Source: Eukaryota sp. TZLM1-RC (lineage: Eukaryota; Protista; Metamonada: BaSk clade). From it: DNA of 64,000 bases. The stretch lies in contig JAUPSS010000012.1 of NCBI GenBank assembly GCA_040285825.1, positions 372,001 through 436,000 on the forward strand, given 5' to 3'. Shown here in pieces: positions 52,551 through 64,000 of the stretch (position 1 is the stretch's first letter; the number at the start of each line of letters is the position of its first letter). The notes below the pieces were generated by a model. It ran no database searches and was not told where the DNA came from. It saw only the letters and a program-made list of their open reading frames with translations. The translations under genes and the position numbers were made by a program.

Positions 52551-53666
52551 GAATTTTCTCGTAGATTTCCTGATGATTCTCATCTGTTAGTCCCCAATTG
52601 TAGTCCCTATTTGTATGAGTTATCTTGTGAACTTGAAAAATTACCGCCACAAATTTGGACCAAATGTTTTCCTCAATCAATTCAAGAAATTCCAAACCGA
52701 TCTCTATTTAATTTACAGTTTTGCTGTAAAAAGCTTCAACAAAAATTGTCAAAGATTTTTGAAAGCTTGGATCTTGATGTTAGACTTGGCTTGGCCAAGA
52801 AAAAGAATCCCACTTTTGCAAATCTTTTACAAGATATGTGTGACAGTACTTCCTCTGCCTTAGTAACAACAATTCCACAAGTTTATGGTACTCTCTTATC
52901 CGATTCTGCTTGGACTCTGAATATGAGATTTCGTTCCTTTATCTGGCCTGATAATTTACCTCATAATTTAATTTGTAAATGTTCTCGAGAAATTACAACT
53001 ACTCATTTGTTAAATTGTAAACATTTTATTACTTTTAGAAGCAAGGTTCATGATGCTGTAAGAGACCAGTTATATTGTATGTGTAAATCTCATAGAATTG
53101 AATCCTTCTTGGAACCTTTGTTGTCAAATCTGTTTGATGCTGAAAATGATTTTCATAAGAATAATAGAGGTGATGTCATATTACCTGGATTAGATGGAAG
53201 CTTCATTTTATTGGATGTAATGTCTGTTGATCCTTGTAATGCCTCAAATGAAAGGCTTGTTAATTCTGAAATTCATAATCCCCTTTCAAATGCTGAAAAT
53301 TTTAAATTCAAAAAATACAATGATCCTTTGTCCAAATTGGCCAGTCTACAGCATGCAAAATACAATTTGTATCCATTTGTATTTTCCCTTTTTGGTTCAC
53401 TTGCACCAACTGCTTTACGTTTTTTGGATGATTTTGAAATGATTGTAAAGAGAAGAACTGGCAGAAATTTCAACAGATTGTTTTGGCAAAATAGAATTGT
53501 GTTTTCTATTTTTAAGGGGATGTTGAAGATGGTTTCTGATGCTTTGCTTTCTCTTGGATCTCACTATGAGAGAGTTGCATCTAGTGTTTTTGTTTTTGTT
53601 TTGGGAGAGCTGGATTTTTTAGATGTTGATTTATAGGTTTGGAATACAATTAAATTTTTAAAAAAA
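52551..53666 (+). mobile_element. 5'-truncated CRE-like copy with intact 3' ORF
   Basis: CKC..HLLNC..HDAVRD, NRGDV..LDV, AENFKFKKY; A-tail; 12-bp TSD agtytttgtcat (1 mismatch). Confidence 0.9.
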
Positions 53667-54779
53667 AGTTTTTGTCATATTTCGTTCAATTCCATACCTT
53701 TGAAATGCACCATTTTAATCCTTCATTTGAATAGCATCTCACTTCCAATTGCTGCTGATGGGCTATTTCAGAAAATAAAATGTAATTTTCACATTTTCCA
53801 AATTTGCAAAAATAATAATATTAAGACTAATAATTATGATCAAATGAATTTTGAAAAATCTCTATGGTTTATGTACATATTAAAGTTCAATAAATAAAAC
53901 GTTTGTACGAATAGACACGTGTTCATGTTTCAACAACAGCTTCAAATAAGCTATTTAAAACATTACTTGAAACCACAAAATTTAGTGCATAAAATTCAAA
54001 ACTGAATAAATTAAATTAAATTGAATAACATAAAGAAATAATCAGAATCAAATAAATTGAATAATAAACTAGTGTGAATCGGCTGAGTTAAATTTAGGTT
54101 TCAAACATAAATCTTTATCATTTTAATCATTATGTAAATTTACCTTTGGATGTGACTGAGTTAAAAAGTGACCTTATTCTTATCACAAACAATACAGATG
54201 AATCAAGACGGAAGCCAGACTTGATTTGTAAGTTGAATTCACCAATGAAACAATTTTTATGTCGTAGACTAACATTAAAAAGTACGAAATATCGGAGTCA
54301 TGATAATATATTTTTAAACTGTGATTTTTTGGTTGACATATCTCCTTTTGAATTTTCAGCAAAAGGACTAGTTGTTAGTAGCTGCTGTTTATTGATGAAA
54401 ACATTACTCATTCCGAATTCTAAAACATAAACCATCTCCAAAGAGATAGAATTTCAAGCTCTCAAGTTACTTGTTCCGCATTTTCCCTGCTGGAGAATTT
54501 CGTGTATGGATGTCTGATCGAGTAAAAGTACACCATGTGCGGTCGCTTATAAATGTTGCAAGCTCAGTATTTCAAGTTGATTGTTGATAGGAAAAAATGT
54601 ATTTTCATTACTAAAACATATGCTATAAAACAAAATACATAATTATTGTTGTTAGTTTTTTCTTGTATAATGTTGCAACTTAACCTTTGATTACCAAAAT
54701 ACAAAGAAATTTTTGTTGAAGCTCTTGAATTCAAGATAATGGATTGAAGATAAAATAATACTGACAAAATATGACAACT

Positions 54780-55000
54780 TGGTTTGATTGCTTTCAACAG
54801 AAGAGTATCAGTGGCTCCGGGAAATGTTTGGAGTTATTTCGAAAGATTGGTGCAAAAAACATTGAGGAGATTTGATGTATTTTTGTGGCGCTCTCAAAAT
54901 TTAACGATAATTTGTGATTTTTGTTCAACCGAATTAGAGAAGCTATATAGAGAAAGAATGCAGAATAGGACTTGGTAGAGGAAATCTTGGTTCAATGTAT
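54780..55000 (+). mobile_element. Degenerate CRE-like 3' scrap
   Basis: RRFDVFLWRSQ and gaggaaatcttggttcaatg match the EEILVQ family end. Confidence 0.7.
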
Positions 55001-55189
55001 AGCTTATTAGATTAAACAAGATGAGAATAAGACGAATGACGTTATGAAGAAAACCAAGGAAGAAAAATAGGTTTTATTAACAGAATGAAAAAAAAAACAA
55101 AACAAAAGATTCTAAACTTCGGCCCAAAACAAAATCCTCCTCCTTGAAGGATCACTGAGCCTCTTGAAAGTATATTCCTTTAGTTTTGT

Positions 55190-55861
55190 TTTCTTGTTTT
55201 CATATGGAAGAAGAACTCTGAAGAAAGACCATCAAAAATTCTATAAGGATGGCAAAGAATCATGGATTTATCAAAACATAACTGTAAAGGAGTGGGAAGA
55301 AGAACGAAAGCAAATTTCAAAAGCAAACTCTAGATCATGAAAAATTCCTAAACTACTGCAAGGCAAAAAACTACTGTTCACTCCATGTTGGAGCTATTTG
55401 CTTTAATAAAGAATTATGGAACTGCGAAGATTTATGGTTACAGAGAGGTTTAAAGCAAATTGGATGAATTAATTTGAAAATAAGCTTGGAGGTCGTCCAG
55501 AAGATAACATTGTAGTGATGAGTGATTGGAAGCAAACCAATTTTGAACAATTATTACCTATAAAGAATGTTGGTTATCGAAAGATGTTTAAGAAACGTAA
55601 CTTACCTCTATTGCTGCTGGACGAATATAGAACAAGTTGTAGATGTCATGCATGTGTAGTCGAGAGAAAACAACCTAAAGAGTACCTAAACCAAGACCTT
55701 ACAGGAGAGCAAAGGCTCCAACAGTCCTTAGATGTGGATTACTCATTTATAAAAAGTGTGGATGTCTATGGAATCGTAATGTCAACGCTGTTCTTGATAG
55801 GATTCATGTTGTGGATCAGTATCTCAAAGGAAATGAAAGACCTCAAGTTTTGAGAAGATGA
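55190..55861 (+). pseudogene. Fanzor1, C-terminal half, frameshifted
   Basis: TVKEWEEE; TLDHEKFLNYCKAKN; NIVVMSDW; GYRKMFKKRNLPLLLLDEYRTSCRCHAC (RuvC-II plus zinc finger); KCGCLWNRNVNAVL (RuvC-III with D to N); terminal ERPQVLRR*. Confidence 0.88.
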
Positions 55862-56148
55862 TTCAATTCATCTTCATTTTCCACCAATTTTGTTTGATAC
55901 ATATTTCACGGAGTAATAAATTTTTAAAATAACGAATTTGATATGTTTTTCTGTTTCTAATTCAGACATTGATTGAAGCTAAGTACCAAGTTTTGCAACA
56001 ATTTCATTAAGATTTTGAGTTATTTCATCAATTCCTAACCAACATTCTAGAAAACGAAAAGTTTCTTGCGAACAATTGGTAAAAGGAATTTACTATTCCA
56101 CTAATCTCAACAGGTTACTACTATTTGGCATTTTTGTGCTATTAGCTG

Positions 56149-57621
56149 ATGTCTACCAATCTCCGTGGTAAAGAACGTATAGGTTACTGCATCTTACTTG
56201 TTCTCAACCTTGTTCTTGCTCTCTTCTTACGTTCAAGAACTGTTCCATTTTTTGACATACCTATTTTTGGGCCGTTAGCTGTCTTTCGTGTTTTCTTTGC
56301 CGCTGCTCTTTTCTACACTTTTCTTGCACTATTTGTCCTGAAATACCCGGAAATCCAAGAAGGCCACTGGAAGATCAAGGTTCTTATGCTCATCCTCTTC
56401 ACCATGATGTCTGCATTCATGCCTTCCAATCTATTTGTCTTTTACGGCCGCATCTCTCAATTCGTAGGTGGATTCTTCCTTTTCTGTTCAATTATCTACC
56501 TCATTGACTTTTCCTACACCATTAACCAGAAATGGATCTCCAAAGCAGAAGAAGAGGAAGCGAGGTTTGGTCAAACACGTCACTATCTTTACAACTTTAT
56601 CCTTTCTTCACTTATCATTCTTGGATCGCTCATCTTTATTATCGTTCTCTTCAACCTTTACGAATCCTGTCAGAAGCTCTCCACAGTGTTGGTTTTTGCA
56701 ATAATATTCATTGTGATTTCAGTAGTTTCATCAATTACTTCTCCTGATGCTTCAATTTTTGGTATCTACATTCAATATCCTAACCTCAGGTGGTGCCATT
56801 GTCATTTGCTATATCGCCTTCCTCTCCTTCTCATGCATGTCCGCTCTCCGTGAGCCTCACTGTAACCCCTTCTATAACGATGAAGAGGGAAACAAGGTAG
56901 CTTTTTACACATCCGTTGCTATCGCCATCTTCTCAATATCCTATTGTTGTATCAACACTTCCTGGAACTCTGCCAAGCGAGACTCTGATGGTGGTAAAAG
57001 GTTTGGTTTTGTTTGGTTAACTTTAGGTATACTAACTTGAATTTTGTTGCTGACAATAGGTAATTTCAATAATCTCCTTCCCCTTCTAACTCTAGGTACG
57101 GTACAGCCACCATGGGACAAGCTGATGAAGTAGAATCTCAAAGTGAAGACAGTGAAGAAGAACCTTGTTATAGCTACACTTTGTTCAATTCTACGATGAT
57201 TGCCGCTTGTTCTTATGCAGCAATGATCTTGACTGATTGGTATGTTTAAGTATATTTGGTTCAAATGAGTTCAATTGGGAATGGTTGTTTTCAATGTTTT
57301 TTCTGTGAATAAGTTTTTTTTGCTTTTAAGAGGTTTATTTATCGTACTTGTCATTAATTTCTTTATTACTGGTTTTGTTATTTAATTCTCTCCACTCAAT
57401 TAACAACCCCCAATTCCAATCATTTATTCAATCATTTTCTCAATCATTCTTACCTCAGGAAATACGATAGTGATCATTCTTCTGCTCAATTTGGGTTTGG
57501 TGACACTGCTTTCTATGTTAGAGTTGCTTCAATGGTCGCCACCTTTGCTCTTTTCCAATGGACTTCATGGGCACCTACCTTATTCCCAGATCGGGAGTTC
57601 AAGTGGTCAGTTAAGGAATAG
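56149..57621 (+). CDS. SERINC: Serine incorporator (SERINC/TMS1) family membrane protein, 387 aa; exons 56149-56761, 56790-57000, 57027-57059, 57096-57239, 57459-57621
   Basis: IQEGHWKIK, LIDFSYTINQKW, YSYTLF..YAAMILTDW and WTSWAPTLFPDREF. GT-AG introns of 28, 26, 36 and 219 nt keep the frame. Confidence 0.9.
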
Positions 57622-57796
57622 TGTTTTGTAAATAGCTTTTTGGTGGTAATAAATGGTTTGTGTTTTTGATTGTGTTTTCTAAAGTATTGAGTGAGTGTAT
57701 TCAGTTTCTCGAACTAAAACTAAATGCAAGACTAAAATACTTAGAAAAGAAAGGATTGTAAAAGACGAATTACGAATTTGATCATATTTTATGTAT

Positions 57797-59014
57797 GATC
57801 AAATCTTCGATTCTGTGTAAAGCAGCATTTTTGGGAGGTGGTAAAAATTTTGTTTTTGAATTTTTCCAAAGGTTCCCTTTTGATGTTCATCTGATCAATG
57901 GTGAATCAAATTTTTACTTGAATCAACTGCAATTTGAATTAGAAAATTTGCCTAGTGATATCTGGATTCAGTGTTTTCCTCAAAACGTTCAAGAAATTCC
58001 CACTCGATCACTTCCAAATTTACGTTTTTGCTTGAAAAAGCTTCAGCACCATCTGGTTAAATTATATGAAGGCTTGGATTATGAAGTAAGACTTGGCTTG
58101 GCCAAAACTAAAAATCCCGCTTTCGGTAATTTTTTAAAGGATATTCGTGATAGTTCTGCTGCTGCTTTAGTAACTCAAGTTCCCTCTGTTTATGGACTTT
58201 TGCTAAAAGACAATGAATGGCTTTTTAAACATGCGTTTTCGTTGTTTTCTGTGGCCAAACAATTTGCCCAATCATTTAACTTGTAAATGTGGTAAACCTC
58301 TTTTGTTTACTCATCTTTTGAACTGTAAACATTTCATTACGTATAGAAGCAAAGTGCATAATAACGTCAGGGACCAAATTTATGTAATGTGCAAATCATA
58401 TCGTGTAGATTCCTTTTTAGAACCGCTGTTATCAAAATTAATTCTTGATGATCCCAATATTGATAGTACGCGTTACAACAGAGCTTCTATGGGTTTGACT
58501 AGAGGTGATCTAGTTGTTCCCGGTTTAAATGGTAGTTTTACTATTTTGGACGCCATGTCTATTGACCCTTGTAATTCCTCTAACGAACATTTCATTAACT
58601 CGGATGTAAATAATCCTCTTCTTGCAGGCGAAAAATATAAAATTGCTAAATATGCGAAACCCATTTCCTCGGTTAATGAAAATTCTCATGCCCAATATAA
58701 TTTATGTCCATTTGTTTTTTCTTTGCTTGGATCTCTAGGTAAGGCTGCTATGGCTTTCCTTGAGGATTTTGTTGTAGTTGTAAAGGAAAGAACTGGAAGA
58801 ATTTTCAATCGTGTTTACTGGCAAAACAGGATTGTATTTTCTATTTTTAAGGGAATGGTAACACTAATTTCTGATTCACTATCTTCTTTTGGGAAATTTT
58901 CTGAATCTTTAGCGATTAATTGTTTTGATGTAGGGGAGGCAGGTTTTGAGGATGTGGAGTTTTAATTGTGTATTTCATATTTGTTGTTGAATAAAAATAT
59001 TCTAGAAAAAAAAA
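57797..59014 (+). mobile_element. 5'-truncated CRE-like copy
   Basis: Knuckle and RLE with one frameshift; A-tail; 13-bp TSD atattttatgtat (57784-57796 and 59015-59027). Confidence 0.92.
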
Positions 59015-60079
59015 ATATTTTATGTATCTAAAATGTTTTGAATCTCCCAACGCATGAAAAAGAAAAAGAACATTGTGGATGATGTCATGGCTGATGAGAA
59101 ACGAATAGGATAACTGTTACTCATACAGAAAAATCTTTACACTTTGCCTCATGTATCAGTGCCCATTCTGCAGTTTTTTGCAGTTTCTTTGTTTCATGAA
59201 TAATCACCTCATATCACTTGTTCTTGCTGTTCATTTTTCGCAATTCATTGAATTTTATCAATTCTAAACAAACAAATATGAATTTTATTATAGTCAGGAT
59301 GTTTCTTCATCCTATTTATGAGCAGGTTTCCAAGAACACTCCCAAAAATAGATAAAAGATGTCGTGATGAGAGAGGTCGCATCACGTTAACACGAAGTGT
59401 TAATTTTCAAAATGTTAGTCTTGAATAGTAATTATAGTAATAGTTGTAACATTATAGTCCATTATAAGAATTTTTCCCCGTAGGGTTGAGAGGAAGTTTT
59501 ACAGTGTTTTTCATTCTTACTTCTCCTTCTTATTACACTAACACTAACGAGTCAAGATTATCACAAGTGTTTGATGGAAATTCATTATCAAACAGATCAT
59601 AAATATGAGATGAATTGACAGTTATAATTTTGAGAATGTCTAAACAGAATTGAGCAAAACGAGAGTATAAAATAAATGTCAATATTCTTCGGACAAACCA
59701 ATTTTACTAAAGCAATTCTCTTGGTCCTTATTCTTTCTTCTCTATAAATTTTCGTTTACATAATCATGTTCAAAAAAGCCAATCCCAGCAATTTTGGGTC
59801 GACCAAACAAAGCAAACCAACGTATAGAATCAACCCTTCGATAACACCATTTACGCGATAAGTTTTTAAAATTAATTGAAGACTTGAAACAATGATGACA
59901 GGGATAGTATCGTTTCATGGTATTTTGAATGTTAAATTCATTTTTATTTCTGTAACAGTCCCTCCTTACAACTCAACCAAAAACCTTTTCTTATGCTTTT
60001 GACTACTCAAATTCCATTACTTGAATGACGGGAGAATTTTCGCTATTCACTTGCATAGCAACTCGCTAGTTTCAAAACT

Positions 60080-61390
60080 CCATAATGTTATTCAAAATGG
60101 AGTTAATATAAAGAGGAAGAGCTTTGAATAACGAAAATACAAATTTGTTCTTCCAAATCAACAAAAAAAGGAAGTTTTCCAAAATCATCTTAAAAATGGA
60201 AATTTTCAGTTCCAGTGGTACCAAAAACTGAATTAGTAATTGGGACTAAATTTTTTTTCTGCCTCTTGCTTCATTGAAACGTTGAAGAACAGCTTCGTAT
60301 TATGATTTCTTAGAAAGCTCGGCAACTTTGAGTGATTGTTAAAAGTAGGAATAGGGACTCCTTCTCCATGGAGACATGGTAGTACAATCGATAACGATTA
60401 CCATATGGTATATTCCATTATTAGTTCAGTTTCAGCATACCGTGCACAATCTATGTCACCTCGTTTTTGGCTCAAGCTGAATTTTAATTCATCAAACAGT
60501 GGCTCTAAACAAAATACATGATGGACACCTTTTAACAGATCATAAATACAATCACGAACAGTATTGTGGATAATTGATCTTTTTTTAGTGAATTTACAGC
60601 AGGAAATAAGGCGATCAAAAGATGCATTAGCACCACATTTACATTTCATATTTGATGAGCAGTGAAGAGGAAGCGGATTAAGTCTGATTCACATGACTGT
60701 CAAAAATTGTATATATGAAATCAGTAAACTACGATGAACTTGTGTTATCAAACATGATGAACTGTTTCAAAAAAAATTTAAACTACACAAAGAAGACACA
60801 GATAATTTCAAAGAAAAATCACCGGAGTTGTTAGCCATGCTAATTTGATTGTTCAGTGATTCCGTTTCTAAATAATTAAATAATGAATAATCTTCTTCTG
60901 AGGTTTAGGAACAGTACTTAGAAAGTTTGCTATATCTTTAGTTTCAATCAAGGAATAGTAAATTTTTGCAGAAAATAATGATTTCCGGAAATCATTGGAA
61001 CAATTTTCCAAGAAAGTACGTAAAAATTTCATTGCAACTGGAAACAGGTAAACGGTAAATAAATTCATTGATGTTGAAACCTTAAAGCAAGTTCATACAG
61101 GAAGTTTTTGATTTCACCTACAAACGCAGCACTTGATAAAATTGATGAACGTATTAGGCACATACCGTCACGCTTGTGTGCTCTGAAATCATGAAGGGGA
61201 ATATCACAAATATTACTGGTGTTGAGTACAGAACTCAAAAATTGAGTTCTTTCAGTCAAATACTGTTTGACATAGTGAGTGGTCAAAGGTGGAAGAATGC
61301 ATTATGCCGATTTCATCAGAATTTCCTCAAAAGCGTAGAACAATATTTTTCCCTTTCACATGGCATCAATTGCATTTTCAACGTCTGATC
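60080..61390 (-). mobile_element. Old degenerate CRE-like copy of another family (approximate limits)
   Basis: CKC..LISC..HNTVRD..EPLF..KRGDI. Confidence 0.7.
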
Positions 61391-61489
61391 CATTTGTCAA
61401 TTGCAATGAAAATTACTCTATTTTTAATCTGGATTTGAAAATTGTATTCCATTCAGTGACATGAGAGTCAATTTGAACCCCATGTAGAA

Positions 61490-61915
61490 GATGATTTTCA
61501 TAAAAATAATAGAGGTAATATATTATTACTTGCATTAGATGGAATCTTTATTATGTTGGATATAATGTCCTGAAGATGCCTCAAATGAAATACTTGCTAT
61601 TTTGAAATTCGAAGTTCTCTTTCAAATGCTGAAAATTTCAAAATCAAAAAATACAGTCAACCTTTGTGCAAATTGTCCACCCAACAGCATATAAAATACA
61701 ATTTGTATTCATATGAATTTTCTCTATTTGGTTTCCTTATTCCCACTGCTTTACGCTTTTTGGCTTATTTGGAAATGATTGTAAAAAGAATAACTAACAG
61801 AAATTTCAACAGATTGTTTTGGCGAATTAGAATTGTGTTGTTTGTTTTTAAGGGATTTTTGGAGATGATTTCTGATGCTTTGATTGCTCCTGTATCTCAC
61901 TATGGGAGAGATTGA
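61490..61915 (+). mobile_element. Degenerate CRE-like 3' fragment
   Basis: Similar to 51460-51890. Confidence 0.8.
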
Positions 61916-63203
61916 TTATTTACCATTATTAAGGTGTATAATAACAAAATATTATTGAAAATAAATAAGATTTGAAACCACAGTAGAAGCTTAAAGCTTT
62001 AATCAGAAAAGCATCGAATTTTTTTCTGATGAAACAATGTTATGATGAAAAACACCCTTCATTTACATCGATCTTTGCATCATTGATTCATAATTTCTGA
62101 AGAAAATTTGACTAAATCAAAAATGATTAACAAACACCTTATGTGCAAATCAATCAACTTATCATTGAACGGTTAATGTTATTTTCCATCCAATGACCCA
62201 TACTGTTGTCATAGACATCTCGTAATTTAGTGGCAAAGCAGATGTTAACCGTAGGCATAGTAATTGATCTAGAATTGATTGAGCCGCATAAAAGAATGAT
62301 TATTGTTTATAAAAAGCTTCATTGTATATATTGAAAACTCGTAGAAAACAAAAATACCAAGAACGTTTCTATGGGAATTTTGTTTGGAAATTTCCAAAAT
62401 GTGACAAAATTCACTGACGAAACCCAATTTTCGCCAGTAAAAGCAGTCCAAACCAACAATATGAATCAACTTATTGGATCTTGTTGGTATTCCCTGTTTG
62501 GTAATACAAGATCTAAACTCGCAGGTGAGCATATTGTACCTCGGTCTAATAATACAAAACACATGCGCCGGTTTGTGTTCAAGATTGCTCAGAATTTAAT
62601 AAATGTAAAAGGATAAACCAGTAATTCAAGTTAGGTGAAGACCAGGTTTCGACTAATAAACAGTAATAAAGAATATAAATAATTAATCAAAATCCACAAT
62701 GTGACATCAGCTTTGGGAATATAGAATCAATTTCCTTGTTGTAAGCACTCTCCTGTAGTCACAGAGTGATAGAACCGAAGACAGTGATTTCGTAAAGGTC
62801 GAATAAGATGACTTTAAGGTATGGCGAGTTGTTTCACGAAGTTTGATGCCTTTTAAATTAAACAGTTGAAAGTTTTAATAACTGTGAAGGATCTGGAATG
62901 GAGATTTTATTTTTGTCTCAAGATGCTTCATGGCTGCATGGATTCTGGTTAAATAACTTAGACATCAGAGGAGTTCAAGAGACAACAATCTCACACCAAT
63001 GTTATGGAATCCAGTGGTCAAAGAATAGAAGTTATTGGGAAAGATTATGAATGTGTTGACACACTGATGAGTCCGATTTTTCAACCCAAACTCACTACAT
63101 CACCACGAATGGCGAACGAAGAAGTGGAGAATTCAAAATGTAATTGAACAGATCCAATCATTATAGGGATTCAATCATATTTGATTTTGATCAAGTTGTG
63201 ACC

Positions 63204-64000
63204 ATGTCCAAGCTTTCATCTTGGATCCTAGGGTTTTTGTTTTGTCTCTTTGCTCTTTCTCAATGTCAACGAACCACTCCAGCTACTTGTCACTCTTGGA
63301 GAGGTGTTGTCACATTTGATACTCCATTTATCGGAAAGTCCAGCTCTATCTATTATCATGATGGGAAGTTCAACAGAGCTCGAGTTGAATCTCGTCATGT
63401 TGATTCTGATAGTTTGTCATTTTCCAAGCATTCATCGTAGTCATTCAAATCCATCAATTTTATGATTCTACAACCCTCTATATCACACCTTATAGAGACC
63501 ACTATCTATGTGACAAACATGTAACAAATATTCCACCCTTTCCTGCAGCTGTTGACACCAATGCTCAGTTTGTCTGTGATACTGTTGTCAACTACATCCA
63601 AGTAGAGCATTGGAAGCTTGAATCCGAGAACCACTCCTATTCTTGGTTTATCCATCGCAGATCCCTTCAATGTGATCAGGTTGTTAGAGTTATTCTCCAT
63701 TCTAATGCTGGTAACATTGTGTATGATGTTACTGGTGTGGAGGAAACCTTCCACTTCGACGATCCTCTTTTCAATGGTCTCTCCTTTGGATGTCCACTCG
63801 AACCCATACAAAAATTCACCATATCTGGTATGATCCGAGACAGCAACACATCTTCACCAATAGCCAATAGCACAATAAGGTTGGTGGGTAAGGAGGGCGA
63901 GTTTTCATCATTCACAGGAAATAACGGTATTTATACAATTCCTTCTGTTCCAAAAGGCGACTACTACCTCTTCATGGACCATCATGATTATTATACCAAT
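63204..64000 (+). CDS. Secreted or surface protein (signal peptide, ependymin-like N-domain, carboxypeptidase-regulatory-like beta-sandwich), 3'-partial; 29-nt intron 63412-63440
   Basis: MSKLSSWILGFLFCLFALSQC signal peptide; IYYHDGKFNRARVE. After splicing the frame stays open to the window end: ..QVEHW..FDDPLF..CP..TISGMIRDSNTSSPIANSTI..TGNNGIYTIPSVPKGDY. Confidence 0.7.

Noticed and set aside
13780-62900. Further decayed coding-like stretches (13780-14330, 18800-19600, 32600-33000 with FCDGMFGL, 42280-42850, 62000-62900)
   Set aside because: Hints of transposase or repeat-protein remnants, but too degenerate to call without a search.
1-64000. Alternative genetic code as an explanation for the many stops
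   Set aside because: Host genes are uninterrupted after splicing and end in TAA, TAG or TGA; stops and frameshifts are confined to transposon-derived DNA.

Overview
AT-rich, repeat-dense eukaryotic DNA using the standard genetic code, with very short GT-AG spliceosomal introns (26-36 nt). EF-1alpha lacks the opisthokont insertion, so this is probably a protist. Host genes: stand-alone myosin-TH1 protein, MFS transporter, VPS25, fused dihydropyrimidine dehydrogenase, eIF2A, two near-identical EF-1alpha copies, SERINC and a secreted protein running off the right edge. About half the window is transposon-derived: roughly 19 fragments of CRE-like RLE non-LTR retrotransposons, four Ty3/Gypsy-type elements with very short LTRs (two with chromodomains), a DD34E Tc1/IS630 transposase and a possible MULE derivative. 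The main hidden signal is not named in the ORF track. Two frameshifted Fanzor1 (eukaryotic TnpB-like RNA-guided nuclease) genes lie at ~1900-3650 (-) and ~55190-55861 (+). Removing the 7.25-kb Gypsy that interrupts the first locus restores an in-frame 2A/StopGo motif (GDVEANPGP). This is followed by a basic segment and a possible DEDDh exonuclease remnant upstream of the Fanzor core, which abuts the Tc1 transposase. All family assignments come from motif recognition by eye; no database search was run.
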